A DNA stretch of 64,000 nt from assembly GCA_030704615.1 (NCBI GenBank), contig CM060734.1, forward strand, positions 13,020,001-13,084,000, in the 5' to 3' direction. This document shows positions 1 to 11,217 of this stretch, in pieces. Source of the stretch: Takakia lepidozioides (Eukaryota; Plantae; Bryophyta). A program made the position numbers and the translations under genes. Position 1 is the stretch's first letter. The number at the start of each line of letters is the position of its first letter. The notes below the pieces were generated by a model that saw only the letters and a list, made by a program, of their open reading frames with translations, did no database searches and was not told the origin of the DNA.

Positions 1-2779
1 GAGTAAGCCTCCATGACTTCATCCATCTTCAACACAGTTACTGTGATCATAAAGATCATCTTCTGTATCTGTATCTTAACTCCTCTTATTAATCCCAATG
101 GCTGTACACTTCTTTGATCTGCCATTGTTACTGTAAATGGGGCTGGTTTCATGTTACTTAGACCAAGCTTCTTCCTTAATTGGTCTGTCATGATATTTAC
201 TCCAGAACCTCCATCTATCAGTACATCAGTTAGTTCTGTGCTTCCAATTCTCAATTGGATTACTGGCATAGAATCATCAAAGTCCATGACTGTTTCTCGC
301 CCTTCCGGCTTCACATTATAACTGGTCACCTTGCTGTTCAGGTCTGTGTTTCCTGTCTCCTGGGCAATTCGATTGATTGCTTGATACAGCCTGTGCCTAC
401 AATAAGGTGCCACTTCTAATAGCTGTCCAATGGTAATTTCTGCTTTGGTCTGGCATATTACTTCAGCCAAAGTCTCTTCATTACTTTGTATGTCTGCATC
501 TTCTTTCTTCCTTTCTTCCTCACTCCCTTCTCCTTCTCCATCAGAATCAGAGGAATCTGTCACAGGAATATCAGTACTCTTCTGCATTTCCCTTATAGTA
601 TTTGCCACTTCCTTGTGCAGTTCCTTCTCATCTTTCCAAGTCTCTTCATCTTCAGGCATATCATTGCCACCTTCATTATCATCTTCTTCCTCTACTACTG
701 GAGGTATTAGTTTGGCTTTACTTCTTGTTACTATCATTGTACTTACTTCTGGTACAACACATGGTCTAACCATGTGAGCTGCCACCACTGGGCCCTCATT
801 CACAGGAGCTCTTATCTCATTCTGGTGTCTTATCCAGAATGAACAGGCTGCCCTGCGATGTCCTGGCTGATTACAATAGTAACATAGTTCTTCACCATTG
901 GGTCCTCGCCCTTGGTCTGTTCTTGGATTATTTCTATAATCCTGATTCCCGGGCTGGTAATTCCCCCTTGGATTACCCTGATAGTTGCCTCTGGAATTTC
1001 TTGGTAATTCCCTCTTGAATTACCTCTCCCTTCCATGCCATTGTTATAACCACCAGACCTACCATAGTGGTCCTGATCATTGTTTCTTCTTGGCTGGGGC
1101 TGCACCTGATGCACCCTTACTTGCCTAGGTTCTCTTGCAGCTGTCCTTCTGTTGTAGTAACAATTCTCAGTAGAATGGTTATCCATTTTACAGATAGTAC
1201 AGTGTTTCTCCCTCATGTGGCATTCTGTGGTGGTATGGCCTTCATTCTGGCACTTTGCACACCATACACCCTTCCTCCAATGTGTTGCAGCCTCTGTGGC
1301 ATATTTCTTCAAGATTTCTTCCAATATTTTTTCATAGTTATCCCTCTTCAACTTCTCCTTTCTCTTACTCTTCCTTTTTAGTTCTTGCTCTTCTTCTTCA
1401 TCTGACTCATCCTCAGAGTCCTCATCATCTCTTTTCTCTCTCCTGAGCATTCCCAATTGCTCAATTCTGTTTGCAGTTTCAAATGCCTCCTCCACTGTAT
1501 TATGGGGTAACATATCCACTTTCTTTTGCAACTCTGGTCTTAGTCCACTCACAAACCAAGTCTTCTGTAAACCGGGTGCTGGTACTGCAGCCAGCTTTTT
1601 CATCATCAATTCCATCTTTTCCATATACTCCTCAACAGTTTCATGCTTCTTTTGCTTTAACTGTCGTAAACTTCCATACACTTCATCTTCAGTTTTACTT
1701 GTCCTGAACCTATTTCGAAATGCTGTACTCAAGCCATTCCAGGTTAGGAAATGATTATCAGGGAATCTTGCATACCATTCACTTGCTTTCTTGATGAGTG
1801 AACAAGGAAACAATCTCATCTTGGCATCATCGCCATTCTCATTGTTCACTATACACATGTGCTCAAATTGGCTAATGTGTACATCGGGATCCCCTTTTCC
1901 TGAATATATTGGAAAGGGTGGTTTTGCCCGTGTTGGTTGTAACGCCATCTGTGGCCCTACCTTCTGCCCACTGACAGGTGCTGGCACCCTTACTGGTGCT
2001 GGTCCTTCTGCACCTGTTGTTTTTGTGGTGGATCTTCCACCAAGTGGTGGCCCTTGAGCACTCCCTGCTTCTAGCCCCACTATATTCACAGTATTCCCAG
2101 CTTCAGTTGCACTACTTCCCACACTCCCTGTCCCCCCAGAGCCAGATCCAGGCCGCCCGCCTGATCCCCCTGAGCCGACACCTTCGTTGGCCTGTGATCC
2201 AAGTGCTCCACTTGATCCAGGTCCAACGGGTTGGGATGTCCTGGTTGTAGTCTCAACCTCAGCTGTTGGGTCTACTTCTTCATATTCTTCCTCTTCCAAT
2301 TTCTTCTCTCTGTTTTCATCCTCCAAGTTCTGCCCTTGGGTTTCTTCTTCACTCATGTAACTCAACTGTAATGGTGTTGGAGAGTCTGAACTCTCCGTTG
2401 GCTCTGCCACATCCTCTTCTCCTTCTTCACCTTCTGCTTCAGAAACTGGAGTTCCTGCTTTTGGTGTTCCATGCCAACTCTTATCAAAGATTTCTGTCAA
2501 ATCTTTTATCCAAGGATGTACCTCAAATCTTTCACCTCGTGATTGATCTTCTTCCTGTACCAATTCCCTTAATCTTTCTTGCAAAGAAACAGAAGGAGTG
2601 GCATCCAACTCTAGTTCTTCCGGTATAGGTGATGTACTCTTTGATCTTAATGGTGTGAGAGGTCCAGATGATTCCCCTATGTCTATTCCTCTCTCCCAAA
2701 GATATGGATAATTAGCTTTCAGATAGCTTTCTCTTTTTGCTGAATATCTCTGGCGTCTAGCTTCTCTTTCATCACTCAT
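1..2779 (-). pseudogene. gag-pol: Gag-protease polyprotein (capsid, zinc knuckles, aspartic protease), 1-nt frameshift near 1000
   Basis: ORF 830-2779 has YSGKGDP..H..QF, LFPCSL...A.EW and LRQLKQ..ETVEEY capsid motifs plus CAKCQNEGHTTTEC and CTICKMDNHSTENC knuckles; comparison with copy 2 shows a single-base deletion near 1000. Confidence 0.9.
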
Positions 2780-2800
2780 GTCCCATGTCTTTCATTTCTT

Positions 2801-3496
2801 TTAATGTGGCAATAACCATAACTCTCTTCTGTAATATCTCTCGTATATGCCTGGGTTTCTTTCAAGCTTCAATGCACCCTTGGCTATACTTGAAGTCTCC
2901 GTTACCATATAACCATATGGCAAACAAGTCTGGAAAGCTGTTCTTGGTGTGAGTTTGATCCACAAAATATCCTTTGGAATCCAATTCTTTACCAGTACAA
3001 GCTCTTCATGCATATGAGTATAAACATTCACTTTTCTTTCCTCCCAGCCTTCAAACTCTACTCGCTTAATGGATAGCAATGCTATCACATAAACCAATGT
3101 TGGTAACCAACGTGCTCTTCCTCTACAGGCTACCTGATAAATCTTTATCACTCCTTTCTCCAGACCCCATTCCGGATCAGCATCATGCACTCGCTTAAGA
3201 ATATTTTCTTTACAACCGTCTGGCAATTCCAAGAACCTTTGAAAGAATTGTTTGGACAATCTTTCTTCCTTCGTTCCACAGGGAATTTGATTCGCTTCAA
3301 ATTCTTTAATGGTCCAACCACCATGATCCCACCAGATGCCTGTCACATCTGGTTGTTCATGACTCAGTTCCCCAGTATGGTCGCCAAATGTCGCGCTGCT
3401 TTTACTCACCCATCCCTTCGCTATCCGAGGCGGAAACTCCAAGATAGAAGAGTTGGAAATCTCTAAGTACTCAGCCCGCGCAGAACAATCAGTCAT
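2801..3496 (-). CDS. 231-aa extra ORF upstream of gag, unknown function
   Basis: Intact ATG-to-stop ORF; 6 aa differences from the copy at 20205-20900; starts inside the LTR. Confidence 0.65.
   Translation of the reverse strand: MTDCSARAEYLEISNSSILEFPPRIAKGWVSKSSATFGDHTGELSHEQPDVTGIWWDHGGWTIKEFEANQIPCGTKEERLSKQFFQRFLELPDGCKENILKRVHDADPEWGLEKGVIKIYQVACRGRARWLPTLVYVIALLSIKRVEFEGWEERKVNVYTHMHEELVLVKNWIPKDILWIKLTPRTAFQTCLPYGYMVTETSSIAKGALKLERNPGIYERYYRRELWLLPH
3369..3386 (-). promoter_or_regulatory. Primer binding site TGGCGACCATACTGGGGA (probably tRNA-Arg type)
   Basis: TGG-initiated 18-mer 2 nt after the LTR end; tRNA identity is inferred from resemblance to TGGCGAC PBSs. Confidence 0.75.
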
Positions 3497-4394
3497 GACC
3501 TACAGCTAGTGTATCATGGGGTGTTTCCTATTTGTTTTCCTTTTGGCATTCATGTTAGCTACCTTACCATTGATAATTAAGTATCAGTTTGCTTTATCAA
3601 TCTATTGGATTCCATCAACTCATCCATTCATTCCACAACTTCACTCTGATCTCTCTACACAGTGTGATTGTATCGTATAAGTATCCGATTAGGATTTATC
3701 AGGTATCAGGCCGAAGCCATTGTGTCTCTAATCTGCTCTACTATATCACTACCGCTTTGCATATAACGAGCATCTACTAATCCTCTTTCCTCCTTCACCG
3801 CACTCTCCATCTTGGCTTCCGATCTCCTCCCATGCATGACCCCGAAGTCCTCCCCCTTCCGTGCTTCCCAGAATCCCCCCATTCCGTCCTTGCTTCTCCC
3901 TTTTTCTCCTACCCGTGGCTCTAACCGTTTTCCTCACTAACCGTCGTCCGTGAACTAACATGTTCCATTTGCAGGTGTTGTTCCCCACAGTCGTTCCCTG
4001 TCCTGCTCTCCGTTCCCTATGGTCGTGACAGCTGTGTCAAGCTGTGACTGGCTGTGTGAAACTGTGACGGGCTGTGACTGGCTGTGCGACTGTGACGGGC
4101 TGTGTTGGCTGTGTCGGCTGTAACGCTCTGTGTTGGCTGTGTCGGCTGTGACGACTGTGACGGGCTGTGTGGGCTGTGTGGGCTGTGACGGGCTGTGACG
4201 GGCTGTGTCGGCTGTGTCGGCTGTGACGACTGTGACGGCTGTGTGGGCTGTGTGGGCTGTGACGGGCTGTGTAACCCCCCTCTACAGTGCGCTGCTGTCA
4301 CCCCTAAGGCTCCTGTTGGTCTCAGTCTGTGCAAAAATTAAGGGTACCCTACAAATCCCGTATAAGTGTCTAAGTCCCAAACAGTCCTCTAACA
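3389..4394 (-). repeat. 5' LTR (~1.0 kb, TGTTAG...GCGACA) with CACAGCC minisatellite at ~4025-4275
   Basis: Homologous to 19305-20312 and 31219-32274; TG...CA ends. Confidence 0.92.
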
Positions 4395-5048
4395 ACGATC
4401 CTCCCCGAGGATCGAATCGCCTTACTGCAACAACATTGCTTGCAACCGCTCATGATGCCGCTTTTGGCAACACCTTGAGCAAGGGTTCACCTCGAACCCT
4501 CTTTGACTAGGAAGATAACCTTGAACCAACCGGGCGCCCCCAATCACTACAATTGGGTCCGCCTTGGAATGCTGGCCTGAGGTACGGGAACACGCCGAAG
4601 CCGCACTACGACTTTGTCCCGAGGCTACTCAATTATAGTACGTGAACGGAAGCACGTAGCTTCCGCGTTAGCCCGCACTACAAAGCAACCCCCTCGGTAG
4701 CGCAGTTATAGTATGCGCACGCGCCAGGTGCGTACTAGCTCGTGAACTCCTGAAGAAGGCGCAAGTTTCCTTGCCCCTTGGATGGGAGTCACCCGATTTT
4801 GGCACTGCGCAAACACACGATTAACCCAATTTACCTCTCCCACTTTTGTAAGCTAGCATGCATTCTACACACTAGCCAACCACACCATGCATCACCATTC
4901 CAAACAAAATAGGACGCACAACATTTGGAACCCATTTCCTTTATAACAAATTTTTGTACAATACAAGTTTTTGCAGTCGGATTCCTAAGCTAGCTAAGCC
5001 GGGCTAAGCATGCATTTCCTTCCCCACGCTCCAAGGTTGATGTCCCCA

Positions 5049-8000
5049 TCAACGCTTCTTCCGCTTTTGAGGTCGCCCTTCGAAAACTGCAACCGCCTCG
5101 GATGCGTTTCCCATTTCTGAGGCACGCACCCAAGATGCCTCCACATGATGATAGCCCTTCCATTTGACGAGATACTCCGTTTCTCGGTTCTTGAACCTCC
5201 TCGACTTAAGTACTGCCTCCACCTCGTACTCAGGTTCATTTTCATGATCCAACAGCACAGGTGGCGGACGCAACACTTGATGCCGATTCAGACGCGCTTC
5301 ATCTTTGAAGTAAGGCTTCAAAAGGGAGACGTGGAATATTGGATGCACCTTGCTGTTTGCCGGCAACTCCAATTCATACACATCCTCATTCATAACCTTC
5401 CGGATGCAAAAGGGTCCCGCATACGGAGGTACGAATTTTGGACTCACTTCCGGAGGTAGTCGAAAATTCTTGATGTTCAACCAGACCTCCGTGCCTGCCT
5501 CAAACTTCACTTTCCTCCGCTTCCGATTCGCCTGCCTTTCATACCGTTTCCTAGCTTTGGCAATGTTGTACTTTGTGAGCTTCAACAAACGCTCGCGTTC
5601 TTCCAATACCGCCGCTACTGCCGGTTCCTCAACGTCCTGGGCGGCCCAACTTGTCGGCACCAGAGGTGCTTTTCCATAGATCAATACGAAAGGGAAAACT
5701 CCCGTTGCGGAGTATTCTGTGTTATTATAACAGAACTCTAGCCGCGTCTAAGTGTTCCACCCAGTCTGTTTGGTCTGCCGACACGTAATTCCGCAAGATC
5801 TACTTCACTACGGAATTCACTCTTTCCGTTTGGCCGTCGGTCGTAGGTCGGAAGGCGGTGCTCATCTTCAGCCTCATCCCCATCTTCTTCCAAAGTGCCC
5901 TCCAAAATTTACTCGTAAACTTTGGATCGCGGTCCGAGACAATATCCTTCGGGACTCCATGATGCTTTAAGACGTGGGCAAAGTAAAGTCGCCCTGTTTC
6001 TTGCGCCGTTGCCGTCTCCTTGGTGGGGATGAAATGGCCCATTTTACTGAACCTATCCACCACCACCATGATTGCATCGAATCCTTTTGACAGCGGCATA
6101 GCAGTCATGAAATCCATCGAGACGCTTTCCCAAGTCCCCTCTGGAATCGGCAAGGGTTGTCACAGCCCCGCTTGCTTTTTGTACTCGCTCCGGTTTTGTT
6201 GGCATGTGGTGCATGTCTTGACATACTCCTCTGCCTCCTCCCTCAGTTTGGGCCAGAAATACTCTTTCTTCAAGAGTGCCGCAGTGCGCTTGGCTCCGCC
6301 GTGGCCCGCAAGCGGGCTATCATGGCATTCTCTCAAGAGGCTATCTCTGATCCCTCCCTTCGGCACATAGAGACGCTTTTGCTTATACCGGAGCAGTCCA
6401 TTTTGCAAGTGGAACTGCGATTTAACCCCCATCCTCAAGTCCTGCATCACGGACTTCGCCAGCTCATCCTTCCGGATCTTCCTTTGGAGCGCCGTCTCGC
6501 CCCTGTACACCAACAGGAGCTGCTGCTTTCTACTTAAAGCATCGGCCACCACGTTGTCCCGTCCCGGTTTTGTACTGGATATCCACGTCGAACACCGCCA
6601 AAGTATCTTGCCACCTAAGTTGTTTTGGGGACAACTTGGGTTGCGTGGCAAAACACTTCACCGTGACATTGTCCGTGAACACCTTCACTGGGTTGGAACC
6701 AACATAGTGGCGCCAAAGCTCAAGACAGTGCACCACCGCCTTCATCTCTTTCTCGTGCGTCGGCCACCGTCGCTCCACTTCATTCAGTTTCTTACTTTCG
6801 TAATCCACTGGACGTCCATCTTGCATCAGTACACCCCCAATCGCGAAGTCCGACGCATCTGTATGAATCTCGAACGGACGATCGAACTCCGGGATTTTCA
6901 AGACTGGAGCTTCCGCCATCTGCTGCTTCAATTCAGCAAAAGCTTGGCCACAAAAGGCGTTCCATGCCCAGACTTTGGATTTACACAGAAGGTCTGACAG
7001 CGGCCCCGCGATCTTGGCGAAATTTCTCACATACTTCCGGTAATAGGAGGCGAGTGCTAGGAAGGATCGCACTCCCGGGACCGAAGTCGGAGGCTCCCAG
7101 TTCAAGATTGCCCTCACCTTCCTGTCATCTGATCCCATCCTGTGTAATCACATGCCCCAGGAACTCCCCTTTTGTGACCCCGAATTCGCACTTTGAAGCT
7201 TTGGCATACAACTTCCCTTCCCGCAAATTCTGGAACACCCTTTTGAGGTGCTCCAGGTGCTCCTCCTTTGTTTTCAAATACACCAAGATGTCGTCGATGT
7301 ACACGATCACAAAGTCATCCAACCACTCCTGGAAAAGGTTGTTCATCAGCGTGCTAAAGGTCGCGGGAGCGTTGGTGAGTCCAAAAGACATCACCAAGAA
7401 CTCAAATGAATCATACCTTGTCCTGCACGCGGTCTTCTCCTCATCTCCTTCCGCCACTCGAATTTGATGATAGTCGGAGCGCAGATCGATCCGGCTGAAA
7501 TACTTCGCTCCTGCCAACCGATTGAAAAGGTCGTCGATCCTTGGCAAAGGGTACCGGTTTTTTATATTCACCTTATTCAAAGCCCTGTAATCTACACACA
7601 TCCGCAGCGTCCCATCCTTCTTGTCTGCGAATAGCACCGGGGCTCCGTAAAGTGACTTACTCGGCCGGATGTACCCCTTTGACATTAGATCTTTGAGCTG
7701 AGTCTTCAGCTCGACCAACTCTCTGTGGCTCAACCAGTAGGGCGCCTTGGCAGGCGGTTCCGATCCCGGTATCACCTCAATCTTGTGGTCAACTCCTCTT
7801 CGCGGTGGCAAGCCACTTGGTAAATCCTCCGGCATCACATCCTGGTATTTCTCCAAAATCCCCTTGATCCAATCTGGGCTTGGCTCCCCATCGCCTTCTC
7901 CCTTCACTTCTCTAATGTAGAGCAAAAACTGGGGCTCGTGTGCCTCCTCCACGGCCCACTCCCTTGCTGACAGAAGGTTTATTCGCCCTCCCACGGGCTT

Positions 8001-9640
8001 GGGCGTTTCCGACACTCGTAAGACCTCGCCACCATTCCCACATGGCAGCGTGACTACTCTCTTGCGGCCATCTATGACCGCTCCGGATTTGCTCAAAAAT
8101 GTCATCCCCAAAATGAGATCCACTCCATCGATCTCGTAGATGGTGAAGTTCTCACGTCCCTCCCAACTCCCCAGTTGAAGAGGAACATCAAACGCCAACC
8201 TTGTCGCCAATTGCGGTTCTCCTTTGGCAGAACGCACCTCAATAGAGGCCCCCACGTCACTTGTCGGGAGTCCCTGCTTTTGTGCCGTTGCCGGTGTCAT
8301 GAAGGAGTGTGACGCTCCTGTGTCCACCAACAACGACACGTTAGTTCCGGATATTATCCCATCCACGAACAATAACTGACTCCCTTTACGTAAGGCTCCA
8401 ATTTCCTGATACAACTCACAAGAAAATTTGCCTACCTTGCAAGTTCTGGCGACCACCACTTCCACCAAGCGACTGATGGTATCTTCTGACAGCTCTGTGG
8501 TCGCCCGAGTCATGTTCAATTGCCGGGGCTTTGTGCACTTCTTGGCCATGTGCCCGGGCTCCCCGCAATGAAACACACTCCATCAAAGGTTGCCTTCTGT
8601 CCGCCATAGGCCGCTCCACCCGCTTTTCCTTTCGAAGCACCGGGTGCTGCCTTGACTTGTGAAGGCCCTCCCTTTGATTTCCACGTGCCATTGTCGCCGC
8701 GTGGCCTATCCCACTTCTTTTCCGGTCGGAAAAAGTCACCTTCCCGCCGGGTCTTCTTGTGGTTCCGCTCCGTATGGCCTTGTCTTTCACCCTTAGGGAC
8801 ATCCGAGAAACATTCAGCCCTCTCAATTGCCTCGTTCAAAGTCTTAGGTGGCTTCTCCTCCAACTTCCGCCTGGCCCATGGGGCCAGTCCCGCCACAAAG
8901 TTGAAGACCATTTCTGGTTCTGCCATGTCCGCGACTTCGAGCAACAGCACATTGAAAGCCTGGACATATCCCCGAATGTCATCTGTTTGCTTCAAATTCC
9001 TCATCTTGTCCTGGGCGAGCCAGGACGCGTTGAGGGGCACAAACTACCTCTTCATCAATTCCTTGAACCCACTCCAGTTCAAGGTTTCCGGGCTTGGAAC
9101 TCGGTCGTGAAGGCGTTTCTGCCACCATTGTTGAGCATAGCCCCTCAAATAGGTGGGAGCCACTTCCACCCGATCCTCGTCACTCAACTTGGCCGCCCGG
9201 AAGTACTGCTCTAGCTCCAAGAGCCAGGTGTTGAGTGCCTTCCGATTTCGGACGCCCTCGAAGGTGCCGGGTTCCTTAGGTTTCACCTTAAACTTTGCCT
9301 TAGTGGAAGTGGCATTAGCCGCCTTCAACACGTCTTTCAACGTCCCGCCAAATTGCGCCAACAACCCTTCCCAAAAGGCCGCCGGCATGGGAGGCATCTG
9401 TTGGTCGGTCGGAGCTCTCAGGGATTTCTCAGGCTCCGACTCCTCAGATTCCTCACGTTCTTGAGCGGCCTCGTTTTCGGAAAACATGCATCGCTTCCTA
9501 AAACGGCCGCCTCGGTGACACGTCGCCCCCATCGGGCTCACCAGGATCATCATCTTTTCGGCCGTTCCGCTTTCGCTTTGGCTTGCCCGACCCCATGATG
9601 AGGCCAATCCCAAGGACAATCGCGTACTGAACTCTAAGCT
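5049..9640 (-). pseudogene. gag-pol: Chromovirus gag-pol with stops and frameshifts; C-terminal chromodomain at ~5085-5235
   Basis: ORF pieces 9044-9661, 8516-9040, 7125-8576, 6530-7138, 6160-6651, 5800-6153, 5049-5684; chromodomain EYEVEAVLKSR...YLVKWKGY...SW. True start codon uncertain. Confidence 0.92.
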
Positions 9641-9649
9641 CTGATACCA
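9638..9649 (-). promoter_or_regulatory. PBS TGGTATCAGAGC (tRNA-iMet)
   Basis: Exact canonical plant iMet PBS 2 nt from the LTR end. Confidence 0.95.
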
Positions 9650-9651
9650 AG

Positions 9652-10377
9652 TGTCGCGCACCTCACTTCGGTAAGCTCTCCCCTCAAGTCATAGTTACTC
9701 GCTTGATGCACGCGCCTAACTCCCAACCTGGCCGCCGGGCCAACTTGGAGCTTCGGCTGCTCACCGGGGCATAACGGTCCCCCTTTGATCTCCCAAAGAA
9801 CCCTCCAACGATTTGGAACCAGCGGAATTCCCTTTGGTAGTTGGCAGTCCGGAACAGCTCCCCACTCTTTGGTCGCTTTCCGGCTCGCTCGCTTACTCAC
9901 TAGTTTTTGGTCACCAACGGGCTTGCACCGTTCTCGGGGTTACTACTCCCTATATATATTTCTGTAGCTGTCCGCGGGGGTTTCACAAACAACCATGCCA
10001 TTTTATGGCGAACCACCACGAACACCCTCGACTCCCGGTGATGAGTCGCGGTGAGTCTTGGCCCACCCACCACGGCCCCTATGGACCGTGATGAGTCCCA
10101 AGACTCCCCACGACTCCCACCACGAGGTCTCCGCCCCAGGGTGAATCCTATGCCACCCCCACTAAGTCCTGCTAAGCTACCACCACCCCTTGTGGAGCCA
10201 CCCCCACCGCAACCCGGTGTGCGGGGCTCCACCTAGTGAGCGCCTCTGCCTCCTTGAGTGCCTTGGGCACTCAAGGGTGCTTCAGCCCCCCCATACCTAT
10301 CGCTGCCACTGCCCCCACCATAGGGGCAGCCCCTCTTGTGTCCCGACCCCCTGCCCTCAAGGCAAAGGGCCGCGACA
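9652..10377 (-). repeat. Chromovirus 5' LTR, 726 bp
   Basis: Terminal inverted repeats TGTCGCG...CGCGACA; TATA-like tatatatat near 9951; partly repeated at 42661-43032. Confidence 0.82.
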
Positions 10378-11217
10378 AGTTGAGTCCACCTTGTCTGGAG
10401 TGGTGGTGGTCGGCGGGTATATAACGGAGGTGGTGTGACTGAGTAAATTTTGCCCATTCATGGTTTGTTGAGGATGGAGGTTTATGTATACCATTGTATG
10501 TGTGACCCATGAGGGCAATGTCCCTGTTGAAATCGCCTGCTACAATGTAGTGCTGGGAGTGGGTGGAGGATTGGGTTGGCTTGTTGGAGATGGTGAGTAA
10601 GATATCAGGGATCATGGGGAGATCACCAGCCATGGTGCTAGGGCAGTGATGTGTGCGGAGGATACCGAAAGCCACCCCGCCACGGGTAGGATGGTATGGC
10701 GCGGAGCGTCTGGTTAGGCACTGTGCGGCTGTGAACGAGTTACCATACAACATATAGTAGGCTGGGAGAAGTTTGTTGATATAGGAACTATTGGGATTAT
10801 GTGTGTTGAGTTTAGTTTCTTGTAATATGATGATATGTGGGGGTGGAGAGTCCGTGAGATGGATTAGGCTTTGAATGTTGGTGGCAAGTGACCCTACATT
10901 CCAAGTTGTTATGTTGAGTGAGTGTGCATGTTGGGAGGGGGAGATGTGCGGAGGACTAGAGGATCTAGGGGGTTCTGGGGGTGGGACTCTGGCGGGGCTG
11001 TGTATGTAGGGTGGGGGGGTAGGTGGTGATGTCATGGGCGGGGGTTGATATCCAGGGATGCCTGCTTTGGCTTGAAGGGTTGCAGTGAGAATTTTTTTGG
11101 AAAGAAATGGGAATTTGTTGGCAATAGTATCTAGTTCTTGTGTGGTTGTAGTTGGGTGTGCCAGATGTTAACCTAGTATTCTATGGACTTCTCTAGGCTT
11201 GGTTTGTAGCAGATTGC
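10378..11217 (-). mobile_element. LINE remnant: APE-type endonuclease fragment
   Basis: Motifs NITTWNVGSL, IILQETKL, GGVAF and IVAGDFN in ORF 10271-11035; cut by the chromovirus LTR. Confidence 0.8.

Larger units (their letters stand above)
1..4394 (-). mobile_element. Ty3/Gypsy non-chromovirus (Athila/Phygy/Selgy-like) LTR retrotransposon, copy 1, 5' part (continues off the left edge)
   Basis: Reverse-complement match to 19305-23320; LTR, PBS, upstream ORF, gag and protease (LIDGGSGVNIM near 190-230) in the expected order. Confidence 0.92.
4395..10377 (-). mobile_element. Chromovirus (Ty3/Gypsy with chromodomain), copy 1; 3' UTR interrupted by the Athila-like element, 3' LTR not in window
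   Basis: LTR, iMet PBS, gag, PR ([11 protein letters not shown]), RT (YIDDILVY), RNaseH (HTDASDFAIGGVL), integrase (SMDFM, SDRDPKF, TERVN), GPF/Y motif and chromodomain. Confidence 0.93.

Noticed and set aside
430-2628. Numerous short antisense ORFs opposite gag/pol here and elsewhere
   Set aside because: Shadow frames of retroelement coding sequence with no independent motifs.
4017-4334. Low-complexity ORFs (QPTQPS, TQPITAH at 26537-26950, also 19454-19651)
   Set aside because: Translations of minisatellites.
5011-5030. PPT-like GGGGAAGGAAA-TG (- strand) as the start of the chromovirus 3' LTR
   Set aside because: Sequence 4395-5014 does not match the 5' LTR 9652-10377, so it is treated as 3' UTR with a vestigial tract.
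10252-10276. Perfect 11-bp hairpin CCTTGAGTGCC-TTG-GGCACTCAAGG as a terminator or Helitron end
   Set aside because: It lies inside the chromovirus LTR with no U-tract or CTRR terminus at the expected distance.
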